Below, in pieces: positions 37,737 through 46,170 of a stretch of DNA of 53,869 nucleotides. Below the pieces are notes generated by a model. It saw only the letters and a list, made by a program, of their open reading frames with translations, searched no databases and was not told the DNA's origin. Numbering within the stretch: position 1 is the first letter of the stretch; each line of letters starts with the position of its first letter. This DNA comes from a virus (lineage: Duplodnaviria > Caudoviricetes): positions 1 through 53,869 of IMG/VR virus record IMGVR_UViG_3300014156_000002; one strand, given 5' to 3'. The position numbers and the translations under genes were made by a program.

Positions 37737-40205
37737 ATGAAGCGCCTCGCTGTGGCTATCGCCTTGTTTCTCGCACCCTTATGTGCCTTCGCCCAGACTA
37801 CAGGCGCGGTGCAAGGGTTCGCCACGCAGGGCGGCGTTCCTGCGAAGACTTCCGGACTCAACTCGACGAACACACTTCAAGGGGTAATCCCGGGCGCGAC
37901 GATCACCGTCTACCTGCACGGAACGACCACGCTGGCAACGATCTACAAAGACGGGAACAACACTCCACTGAGCAACCCGTTCACCGCGAACGCGGCCAAT
38001 GTCACTAACCCCGGAGGCTGGATTTTCTGGGCGGCGACGAGTCAGGGACTCGACATCTTCGGGAGCGGGGGCGTCTGCCCGAATTGCTACAGCGTATCGA
38101 CAGCGCTTGCCGTGGCGGTGTACCCCTCGACCGCGATTACGGTCGTAACCGGCGTGCTTTCGTTCAACGGCAGAACCGGGGCGGTGAACCTGACTACCGC
38201 CGATGTCAATGGCGTGGGGACGATCAGCAACAACACTACCGGCAATTCCAACACGGCCTCCGCATTGGCGGCACTACCGACGCCTTGCACTGCTGGGGAA
38301 GCTCCTTTGGGCATCTTGGCCAATGGCAACTCGACCGGATGCTTCACGCCCGCTGGAGGAATGACACAGCTTACCAGCGATGTGACGGCTGGCCCCGGAA
38401 GCGGATCGCAAGCGGCTACCGTGAACGGGCTTAAGAGCGTGCCATTCTGTACGGGCTACACGCCCACAAACGGGCAAGCGGTGACGCTGACGACGGCTAG
38501 TTCTCCGAACCCCTGCTATACGGCGGTGACACCGGCATCGGCGGGAATTACGGCACTCACGGGAGATGTGGGGGCTGGCCCAGGCAGCGGGTCACAAGCG
38601 GCTACGCTTGCCACGGTGAACAGCAATATCGGGGCGTGCGGGGATGCGACCCACGTGGGGCAAGTCACCCTAAACGCCAAAGGGCTGACCACGGGCTGCA
38701 CGCCGGTATCGATCACATCTAGCGGTTCCGGGATTACGGCGCTCACCGGTGACGTAACTGCCAGCGGGCCAGGAAGCGCGGCGGCAACGCTGGCGACGGT
38801 TAACGTTTCGCCGGGAAGCTACACGACCGCCAATATTACCGTGAACGCAAAAGGGCTTATAACAAGCGCCTCCAATGGCAGTGGCGGGGGCGGGAGTAGT
38901 TCGATCGCGCCCATCCTGGTCCAATGGAACTGCGCGACGATTATCGCAGCGGTGAGCCCGTGCGTGCTGGGAACCGGCTCGGCTATCGCCACCCTGAGTA
39001 ACACGACGGCTGGATCGTGCATTCTGGTGAAAGCATTTCATGGCAACGGATCAGCGGGAAGTGCCGTTCCCACCGATGGGCAAAGCAACGTTTATACGCT
39101 CTACAACTACCAGCAGATCACCGGCGAGTTCGATTTTTATGAGTGGGTCGCCACGAATATCGCCGGAGGGCCGCTGACGGTGACCATCACCGGCGATACC
39201 CCGATCAACGTGATGGTGGTTGAAGAGATAGTCAACTGCGGCGGGGTGGATGTTTATAGCTCGGCGCAGGCGTCGCCCTCGAACCCGCCAAGCTACACGC
39301 TCTCGACCGGGAGCGCGACGACTACGACGACTTACGATCTGATCGATGTGGCCGGGGCCATCCGCAACGGCAGCGGGCTCGGGACGTTCTCCGAGACCAA
39401 CGGCTACACGAGCACGATCACAAACCTGGCCGAAGGCGTCGCGCTTGTCTACAACGGCTGGACCGGCATTGCGCCGACCACCGGCTCTCTTTCCGATACG
39501 TTAACTTTCACAGGGACGGTCGGGGCGATGTATTCGAGCTTCATCGCGTTCGCGCCGCGCGTGGCGGTCGGAGCGGTAACGGCGAGCGCGCCCATCGTGG
39601 CGACGCCGACCGGGAAGAATGTGAATCTCACTTGTCCGGCATGTGTGGGAAGCGCTGCAAACTATTTCAACATCGGGCCATCGGTGACTGCTTCGGGTTG
39701 CACAATGAGCGGATCGGCCCCATATGTCTGCACGGTAGGCGGCGGGGGTGCTTCGAGCATCACGCTTTCTAGCATTCCCGGCGCCTACCTGAATCTGGAA
39801 ATAGCAATTTTTGGGACTAACACTTCCGGCTCGGCGCAGCAGGTTCGATTGCAGTTTAATGGCGATTCCGGGCTGAATTATGATTGGAGCACCGTCTACG
39901 CGTACGCATCGGCTGGCCCTGCCAAATTAACCGGGAATGGGGACTCATCGGCCAGTGGTTGTATGACAGGCCAAGGGAGCTTTGGCGGTGGTGGGACGAT
40001 CCTTATACCGCAGTACGCGAACACACATTTTTACAAAATCTACAATTCCCCGTGCGGAGCAGATCAGGCATCATCTATTTACCAGTACGTTTGGACAGCG
40101 GCAGGATCGTGGAGGAACACGGCGGCAATTACCAGCGTGACTTTAACCTCTAACAGCGGCAACTTCAGCGCCAACGACACAGTGACAATTTACGGAACAA
40201 ACTAA
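37737..40205 (+). CDS. Tail/head fibre-like protein with N-terminal signal-peptide-like sequence
   Basis: MKRLAVAIALFLAPLCAFA-Q; ITVY..GTTTLATIY..PLSNPFTA attachment-like motif; three LT(S/G)DV..PGS..AAT repeats; C-terminal WRNTAAITSVTL..TIYG. Confidence 0.7.
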   Translation: MKRLAVAIALFLAPLCAFAQTTGAVQGFATQGGVPAKTSGLNSTNTLQGVIPGATITVYLHGTTTLATIYKDGNNTPLSNPFTANAANVTNPGGWIFWAATSQGLDIFGSGGVCPNCYSVSTALAVAVYPSTAITVVTGVLSFNGRTGAVNLTTADVNGVGTISNNTTGNSNTASALAALPTPCTAGEAPLGILANGNSTGCFTPAGGMTQLTSDVTAGPGSGSQAATVNGLKSVPFCTGYTPTNGQAVTLTTASSPNPCYTAVTPASAGITALTGDVGAGPGSGSQAATLATVNSNIGACGDATHVGQVTLNAKGLTTGCTPVSITSSGSGITALTGDVTASGPGSAAATLATVNVSPGSYTTANITVNAKGLITSASNGSGGGGSSSIAPILVQWNCATIIAAVSPCVLGTGSAIATLSNTTAGSCILVKAFHGNGSAGSAVPTDGQSNVYTLYNYQQITGEFDFYEWVATNIAGGPLTVTITGDTPINVMVVEEIVNCGGVDVYSSAQASPSNPPSYTLSTGSATTTTTYDLIDVAGAIRNGSGLGTFSETNGYTSTITNLAEGVALVYNGWTGIAPTTGSLSDTLTFTGTVGAMYSSFIAFAPRVAVGAVTASAPIVATPTGKNVNLTCPACVGSAANYFNIGPSVTASGCTMSGSAPYVCTVGGGGASSITLSSIPGAYLNLEIAIFGTNTSGSAQQVRLQFNGDSGLNYDWSTVYAYASAGPAKLTGNGDSSASGCMTGQGSFGGGGTILIPQYANTHFYKIYNSPCGADQASSIYQYVWTAAGSWRNTAAITSVTLTSNSGNFSANDTVTIYGTN

Positions 40206-40216
40206 GGAGAGAACGC

Positions 40217-40738
40217 ATGAACCGCAGATTCGCAGCACTCGCAATTCTGGCGCTCGGCCTCGGAGCCGGGTGTCGCGCGCAGGTTCCGCCTGCATCGAAC
40301 GGCTACAAGGTTACGCTGACTGCCACCGCGCCGGTCGCCAGCGGCAACTGGGCCGGATGTACGGTTTCGGCCCCATGCACATACGCCTTCTATGCCGAGA
40401 CGGTGACAGGAGCGTGCGATCCGACCACGAGCACGAACTACAAAGAGATCACGACTCCGACTGCGCGGCCTAGCACGCCGAACTTCACAGACCCAAACAC
40501 GACCGGCCTGACGCGCTGCTATGACGTGGAGACAGTACAAGGCGCAGAAAACAGCGGCCCATCGAATGTAGCCGGACCTGTAGTCTCGCCGGGAGTTCCT
40601 CTCGCGCCCGCGTTGGCTACGCCTACGCCGCAGTCGGCTGAGGTGGTCAATCCGGTACTGCCGAACGCCGCGCCTGCGACTCAACTGGCAAAGAAGCTGC
40701 CCGCGCCAAGCGGCCTGATGGCAATGGCGAAGCGGTAA
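40217..40738 (+). CDS. Secreted or lipid-anchored FN3-like protein
   Basis: Signal-like N-terminus (..LGAGC), FTD..G.T.CY.VE..G.ENSGPSN pattern; AAGGAG RBS. Confidence 0.65.
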   Translation: MNRRFAALAILALGLGAGCRAQVPPASNGYKVTLTATAPVASGNWAGCTVSAPCTYAFYAETVTGACDPTTSTNYKEITTPTARPSTPNFTDPNTTGLTRCYDVETVQGAENSGPSNVAGPVVSPGVPLAPALATPTPQSAEVVNPVLPNAAPATQLAKKLPAPSGLMAMAKR

Positions 40739-40910
40739 CTGCATCTAACTCTGCATGGGGAAGGGCCTTGGGGATGGCAAGCGAGATCGTTTGGCCGCGC
40801 GCACGTCAGGTCCAGCAGCATTTGCTGAACCCGCCGCAATTTCATTCGCAGAGCAGCCCGCAGAACGCGCAAGCTGGCAGAGAACTCGCATACTGAAAAG
40901 GAGATGAATC

Positions 40911-41024
40911 ATGGGACTTGATCCGTATCCACCACCGAACCCTCAGCCGGGCGACCCGCGCGCGCCGAAGAATCCACCTGTGCCGACAGACAAGCCAAAG
41001 CCACCTGAGCAGTCTGCCCAGTGA
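40911..41024 (+). CDS. 37-aa proline-rich peptide
   Basis: AAGGAG upstream; stop overlaps the next GTG. Confidence 0.4.
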   Translation: MGLDPYPPPNPQPGDPRAPKNPPVPTDKPKPPEQSAQ

Positions 41025-41227
41025 CTCCGTACCTATGGGCCATGATCATTGCCGCCACGCCGCCAACAATTGCGGCTGGCGGGGCGCTCTTGCTTGGCTG
41101 GCTCAACAGGCAGAAGTTGACGCAGATTCACGTTGACGTGAATAGCCGCATCACGCAATTGCTGAAGCTCACGAAGAAGTCGAGCTATGCCGAGGGTATC
41201 AAGGACCAGAAGGACAACGGGAGTTAG
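41021..41227 (+). CDS. Small membrane protein (holin-like)
   Basis: Hydrophobic N-terminus, IHVDVNSR coiled tail, near the lysis genes. Confidence 0.55.
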   Translation: MTPYLWAMIIAATPPTIAAGGALLLGWLNRQKLTQIHVDVNSRITQLLKLTKKSSYAEGIKDQKDNGS

Positions 41228-41424
41228 CGCAGCGGGTAGGGATGCCCGAATCCGCCGCCAATCATCGGCAGGAGCAGATAGATGATCCAGATGATAAAGA
41301 TGATCGCGCAAACGACACGGGCCACCTGACCGAATGGAGCCGCGAGCGGAATAAGCGAAATCAGCCACCAAATCAGCCCGAAGATCAGGCACATGATGAG
41401 AATGGTGATGAGGATCGAGAGCAT
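41224..41424 (-). CDS. Small two-TM membrane protein (Thivi_2564-like)
   Basis: LIFGLIWWLISLIPLAAPF..IIFIIWIIYLL. Confidence 0.7.
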   Translation of the reverse strand: MLSILITILIMCLIFGLIWWLISLIPLAAPFGQVARVVCAIIFIIWIIYLLLPMIGGGFGHPYPLR

Positions 41425-41831
41425 TTGAGGTACCTCGATTAGATCAGATGCTAAAACGCAAGCCCAAGGCTGTTCAGAAACGCACACCCAGGAAGACCAA
41501 GCCCTCGCAGCGCCCTCTGACCGGCCCCGAACTGGACCGCAAGTGGCAACCGGGACTTTTGGGATTCCAGAATCAGGAAGGGCTGAATGCGCTGGGCGGG
41601 ACCTACACCTGCTCTCGGCGCAATATCGCGATTCAGGGGCAATAAAAGGCTTGCCAACCGTCCCGGAGGCGGTAAGATGTCAGGCATGGGGCTTCTCTGG
41701 ACACTGCTCGGCGTTGTGGCGCTCTCGGTGGCAGGTGCAGTGGTCCCGTTTTGCCGATGGCTGTCCGAACGTGACCAGACACAGCGGAGCGCATCCGAGA
41801 AGCTATTCTGGAAATGAACTGAGGAAGCACG

Positions 41832-42083
41832 ATGAACGTCAGAACGTGGATGTACACTCTCATTGCCGCGGGGATAGGCGGCGCATCGAACGCGCTCTTG
41901 GGCGCAATTGCCATGCCGGATACGTTCAACTTCACCCATCAGGGACTCGTGAACCTCGGCAAGATCGCGCTGGTAGGGGCGCTCGTTCCGATGCTTACCT
42001 ACCTCAAGCAAAGCCCTCTCCCGGCAACAACCGTGACCGCAACGCAAACCACTTCCGTCACCCAGGAAGTGACCAAGAACTAG
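41832..42083 (+). CDS. Putative holin
   Basis: Two hydrophobic segments, YLKQSPLP, GAGGA RBS, lysis context. Confidence 0.65.
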   Translation: MNVRTWMYTLIAAGIGGASNALLGAIAMPDTFNFTHQGLVNLGKIALVGALVPMLTYLKQSPLPATTVTATQTTSVTQEVTKN

Positions 42084-42090
42084 GAGAACC

Positions 42091-42516
42091 ATGAAACGAC
42101 TCGCGCTACTCGCCATCTTCCTTGCGCTGCCTCTGACGGGATGCCCGTCACTCAATACCACGCAGCAGCAAGCTCTCGCCAATGCCTCCGACAATGCCGC
42201 AAAAATTGTCGGCGCGGCGCAGCAGGTTGAGATCACCGCGCACAACAACACGCTGATCTCAGACGCGGATCACCAGTTCATCGAGACGCAATTCAACAAT
42301 CTCGGCCAGTTGGGACTTGCAACCGATTCCTGCATCGGCAAAGCCTCCACCAAAACGGCTGCGATTGCGTGCCTTCAGGCGTACACGACCGGCGCACAGA
42401 ACATCGGCGCACAGAGTGTGGGCATCAAATCGGCTCAGGCTCAAGCGGAGTTCAACCTGACCATTACCAGTGTCGAAGGCGTGCTGGACGCGCTCCAGAC
42501 AGAATTGGGGAACTAG
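42091..42516 (+). CDS. Lipoprotein (possible spanin component)
   Basis: Lipobox LTGC after a signal peptide; AGGAG RBS. Confidence 0.75.
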   Translation: MKRLALLAIFLALPLTGCPSLNTTQQQALANASDNAAKIVGAAQQVEITAHNNTLISDADHQFIETQFNNLGQLGLATDSCIGKASTKTAAIACLQAYTTGAQNIGAQSVGIKSAQAQAEFNLTITSVEGVLDALQTELGN

Positions 42517-42517
42517 C

Positions 42518-42700
42518 ATGGTAGCTCTGGCGAACATGATCGGGCAGATCATCCTTCAGGCAATCACCGTCTACAACCAACTCAAGGCGCAGGATGCCAA
42601 TGTGCCTCCGCTGGCAACGATTCTCGCCCAGGCCGACACGGACTGGAACGAAGTCATCGCTACCGCCAAGGCGCAGTTGAATCCGCCGGCCGCGAGCTAG
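42518..42700 (+). CDS. Small amphipathic protein in the lysis module
   Basis: ATG 1 nt after the lipoprotein stop. Confidence 0.6.
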   Translation: MVALANMIGQIILQAITVYNQLKAQDANVPPLATILAQADTDWNEVIATAKAQLNPPAAS

Positions 42701-42703
42701 GCC

Positions 42704-43069
42704 ATGACGATCATCCAAGCCATCGGCCAGATGGAAGGCTTCGGCATCCCCCACAGCCGCGCTACGCGCAATAACAACCCCGGCAATATCAACTTCGCGC
42801 CGTGGACGAAGGATTACGGGGCGGTGCTTGAAACCATCCCGGATGGCATCAAAGAAGAGCCACGCTTCGCCGCGTTCCCGAGCGTCGATCAGGGATGGGC
42901 TGCGCTGCGTTACCTACTCACGAGCCGGTACATGGGAATGACGGTCGCAGCCGCGTTCAATAAGTACGCGCCGCCTGTCGAAAATAACACGAACGCTTAC
43001 ACGGCTTTCGTATGTAAAGAGACAGGACTCGCTCCGGAAGATGTGCTGACGGCTGAGAACATCGGATAG
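42704..43069 (+). CDS. Putative endolysin, lysozyme-like
   Basis: EG..RNNNPGNI..FAAF..G..KYAPPVENNT..Y motifs. Confidence 0.75.
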   Translation: MTIIQAIGQMEGFGIPHSRATRNNNPGNINFAPWTKDYGAVLETIPDGIKEEPRFAAFPSVDQGWAALRYLLTSRYMGMTVAAAFNKYAPPVENNTNAYTAFVCKETGLAPEDVLTAENIG

Positions 43070-43070
43070 A

Positions 43071-43268
43071 TCAGACGCCGCCTCGATGGCACGGGCACAC
43101 GCAATGCCGATTCACGCAATGCGACCGATGCTTGCCCGCCGCGCATTTCGCGCTGACCTTCCCCTCGAACTGGCTTCGCTTGCGTGCTGGACGCGCGAGA
43201 GTTTCCGCCCATGTGGATGCCTTGACGTGAACGTCGACTCCCCGCGTGCTGTTGTGGCCTAAACTCAT
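43071..43268 (-). CDS. Small Cys/His-rich protein
   Basis: GAGGAG RBS, ATGA coupling, C..H..C..C.C.CH. Confidence 0.55.
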   Translation of the reverse strand: MSLGHNSTRGVDVHVKASTWAETLARPARKRSQFEGKVSAKCAAGKHRSHCVNRHCVCPCHRGGV

Positions 43269-43552
43269 TGCGCTCTCCTCACTGATTTTGGGTTGTGCTC
43301 CCCTACCAAATGGCAATCCCCACACTTCGCGCGCGTGTTCTCCAACGTGTCGCTCCCGCCTGCGCCTAGGCTTAGGACATGAGCCAGGTGGCCGCTCGCC
43401 CATGACACCGTAGCGCCGCAGTCTACGCACTTCCAGTGGTCCATAACAAAGCGGGAACGGCGCAACGCGGCCAAGGCGGGGCCGCGTAACCGGATAATGC
43501 CCGTTTTTCCTACGACTCCGGATCGGATCACTTCACGCGCCTCTCGCACCAT
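43265..43552 (-). CDS. Small HNH endonuclease
   Basis: CVDC..HLAHV..GGSD..ENTRAKCGDCH. Confidence 0.8.
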   Translation of the reverse strand: MVREAREVIRSGVVGKTGIIRLRGPALAALRRSRFVMDHWKCVDCGATVSWASGHLAHVLSLGAGGSDTLENTRAKCGDCHLVGEHNPKSVRRAQ

Positions 43553-43980
43553 GCCAGTATCGCGGCCCGGTCAACATCCATCATGGCAGGAAGGCCAATG
43601 AGAGCGCACGCGACGATGAAGTTCTCTTCGACGAGGAAGGCAGGGTGGATGCCTAGGGCATTACCTATTCGGCAAGCGCTGTCGCCGTGGTAGGACGCCA
43701 CAATACCATTCTCTATTTTGCTCAACCAGGTACATGGGCGATTTAATCGGGTCGCTATTTGCTTCTGTGTAAGGCGGAGCATCTTCCGGGCTTGGAGTAA
43801 ACGCCTCGAAATGACAGGCAACAGCACATCTTCTTCGCGGGTCGGGAGAGAGGGCTGGGTTTCCTCGGTGGCCTCTGGCTCAACAATCAGCGAGACCTTG
43901 CACCGTCTGCACCGATCGCTGGCATACTGATTCAGGCCGCACTTCGGGCAGCGCGTGACGGGCCTACTGGAGTCTGCCAT
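43528..43980 (-). CDS. Zinc ribbon plus XRE HTH regulator
   Basis: CPKC..CRRC; ARKMLRLTQKQIA..LSKIENG. Confidence 0.8.
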   Translation of the reverse strand: MADSSRPVTRCPKCGLNQYASDRCRRCKVSLIVEPEATEETQPSLPTREEDVLLPVISRRLLQARKMLRLTQKQIATRLNRPCTWLSKIENGIVASYHGDSACRIGNALGIHPAFLVEENFIVACALIGLPAMMDVDRAAILAWCERRVK

Positions 43981-44308
43981 CCCGCCTCCCTAGTAGTTCG
44001 ATCACATCGTCCAGGCTGGTGATGATGCAATAAGTATGTCCCTCAGCCTCGACTTTCTCTTGGAAGGATCTCTGCGATTCGCTCTGGCGGGTACCAGCTT
44101 TAATCTCCAGCCAGACGGGATGAGGACGGCCAAGAGAGACGGGAAACGCGAGAATGTCCGCCGTGCCTTCGATCCCAAAGCGCACCGGGCGGTTCGCAGC
44201 ATTGCGCATCACGCCCACGTTCATGCGGAGCGAAAAGATATGCTCGGCACTGAGCCAGTCCATGACCAGCCGCAGGAGAGCGCCTTCGGGAGTAGCTTTG
44301 CGCTTCAT
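43964..44308 (-). CDS. VRR-NUC domain nuclease
   Basis: GTADI..WLEIKA..QSESQRSFQ. Confidence 0.85.
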   Translation of the reverse strand: MKRKATPEGALLRLVMDWLSAEHIFSLRMNVGVMRNAANRPVRFGIEGTADILAFPVSLGRPHPVWLEIKAGTRQSESQRSFQEKVEAEGHTYCIITSLDDVIELLGRRDGRLQ

Positions 44309-44393
44309 CGGTTCTCCTCGTCATCGTGGGGACACAAGTTTCTCCAGATCAGCGCGAACACAAACACACATGCAAGATACTCGCCAACACCGA

Positions 44394-45164
44394 TCAGCCA
44401 GAGCATGTCTCGTCCTCCGGCGCATCGCTGACAGCCGCCATTGCCCGATCTATCTCCAACTCCTCCTGCTTGAACCTGAGCCAATCCATTGCCCACCCGC
44501 TCACCCATTCGAGCGCCTCTTCCCGGTTGCGCGCCCCGCGCCGCTCCGCCTCTTCAAGCGCCTCCTCGATCTTCTGCGCCGCCGATTCCTCCGGCTTGAA
44601 CCGGAGCAGCTTGCGGTGCTCGATATGTTGCGAAGGATGGTGCGTGCGGATGTGCTCTACCAGCTCCTCGGTGTGCTGCGTCTTGGCCGCTTCGAGCACT
44701 TGCGGGTCGTTGCGGACTTCGGTCGAAAGCTGCAACATCACTGGAAAATTCGAGGGCGGAATCTCTGCCACATCCTCGGCTGGCACATCTTTGAGCGCCT
44801 CCACATCGCGCATCGCCTTGTGCACCGTCGCGTAGCTCCACGGGGACGATAGCCGCACCCAGCGCGTGAACGTGCATGGATTGCCTGTCTCGGGATCGTC
44901 GCGCTTCTTGTGCAGCATGTAGTTCTGTACTTGGCGGCATATCAGGCCGCGCTCCGCATACGACAGCTTGTCTTGGCGGTCGAGATGACGGAGCCGGTCG
45001 AAAAGCACCGCCTCAGCCTGGTCATCGGGGAGATTCAATATCTCGACCATGCGGTGAGGGGTTATTGACTGAGTGGTAATGTCTCTGTCTGGACTTTTCA
45101 TGCCGACCTCCGCAAAGTTCCCCAGAGCGGTGCGAGTGGGTGGCGGGATAGACAGGTGGGCCAT
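44394..45164 (-). CDS. Hypothetical protein
   Basis: Long ORF colinear with the early arm. Confidence 0.7.
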   Translation of the reverse strand: MAHLSIPPPTRTALGNFAEVGMKSPDRDITTQSITPHRMVEILNLPDDQAEAVLFDRLRHLDRQDKLSYAERGLICRQVQNYMLHKKRDDPETGNPCTFTRWVRLSSPWSYATVHKAMRDVEALKDVPAEDVAEIPPSNFPVMLQLSTEVRNDPQVLEAAKTQHTEELVEHIRTHHPSQHIEHRKLLRFKPEESAAQKIEEALEEAERRGARNREEALEWVSGWAMDWLRFKQEELEIDRAMAAVSDAPEDETCSG

Positions 45165-45240
45165 GTTCGCAGGGGGTTAGTACGGGGCATTGATTCGTAA
45201 ACATTAGGCACGCACGCGCTCTGGGAGTAGTAAAGTGAGG

Positions 45241-45741
45241 TCATTGTATCTCTCCCGGTATATTTGCAGGATGGAAAAATGGCCGGATAGCGGCCTGCGC
45301 CGTCCGGCTCCGGTCCAGTGCCCAGTGAAGTTGCTTGGCAAGTTTAACGCTGTCGAAGTCCTCCGCCAAGAGCTTTCCGATGCGATAGACCTCCCCCTCC
45401 CAGTACCGCGCCTGATCGATCATCTTGCCCTTCCTGCGCCTCTCCGCCTTGCGGTGGGCTTCCTCTCTCGCCCGCTGCGCCTCGCCCTCCCGGATGGCCT
45501 TGAGGCTCATTTGTGGCCCATCAGGGGCGAGACTGCGCACGTGTAGCCCCATTGCGGCCAGAATCTCGTCCGTCGTGCATCCGGTGTGACAGTTGACACA
45601 TGTCCAGCCATCGGGGGCGTCCCACATTACCAGAGAGAGGCTACGATTGCCGTGACGGTGTAGAGGCCCCGGACAACGGCTGCGAAATCGCTTGCCTTCC
45701 TTCCTTCCGTGCAGCATTCGAGCTAAATCTGATGCCGTCAA
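45241..45741 (-). CDS. Primase-type zinc-binding domain protein
   Basis: CPGPLH..SLSL..CHTGC..EILAAMGL; no TOPRIM or AEP domain. Confidence 0.7.
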   Translation of the reverse strand: MTASDLARMLHGRKEGKRFRSRCPGPLHRHGNRSLSLVMWDAPDGWTCVNCHTGCTTDEILAAMGLHVRSLAPDGPQMSLKAIREGEAQRAREEAHRKAERRRKGKMIDQARYWEGEVYRIGKLLAEDFDSVKLAKQLHWALDRSRTAQAAIRPFFHPANIPGEIQ

Positions 45742-45843
45742 ATTAACCGCCCAGTTAACCAGTCGTATGCTACCCTTGATGCAGCATCAGCGGAACCAAC
45801 ACAAAAACCAAAAGCCATCGGAAGTGAATGTGTGTTTCTCTTT

Positions 45844-46170
45844 TCACTTCTGAGCCTTACTTCGATGGCGTTCCCGGGTGATGCTTCCCAAAGACAACTG
45901 CAACCGCAACGGCACTTCTCCCAATTGAAAGCTGCGCGTTGTGTTCCTATGCCTCATCTGCCCCCCCCCCCCCCCAATCAGGGGAAGCTGCTTCGGATAC
46001 TGTCCACGCTTGCGATGCAGAATCGGTCGCCAGCCAAGGATGCGCGCCAAGCGTATCGTGATCCTGCCGCGCCCTCTGCACAGCTCGCACGGATCGACGA
46101 TGGTGGGCGTGCGGTAGAACCATCCCCGCCCAGTGCATACGCGGCATTGTTGTGAGGGGCGGTTAGGCAT
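45844..46170 (-). CDS. Small DnaJ-type zinc-finger protein containing a G15 tract
   Basis: CRVCTGRG..CELCRGRG; GGAG RBS. Confidence 0.5.
   Translation of the reverse strand: MPNRPSQQCRVCTGRGWFYRTPTIVDPCELCRGRGRITIRLARILGWRPILHRKRGQYPKQLPLIGGGGGQMRHRNTTRSFQLGEVPLRLQLSLGSITRERHRSKAQK

Noticed and set aside
37737-40205. Diversity-generating retroelement acting on the fibre
   Set aside because: No reverse transcriptase ORF, and I noticed no template/variable repeat pair.
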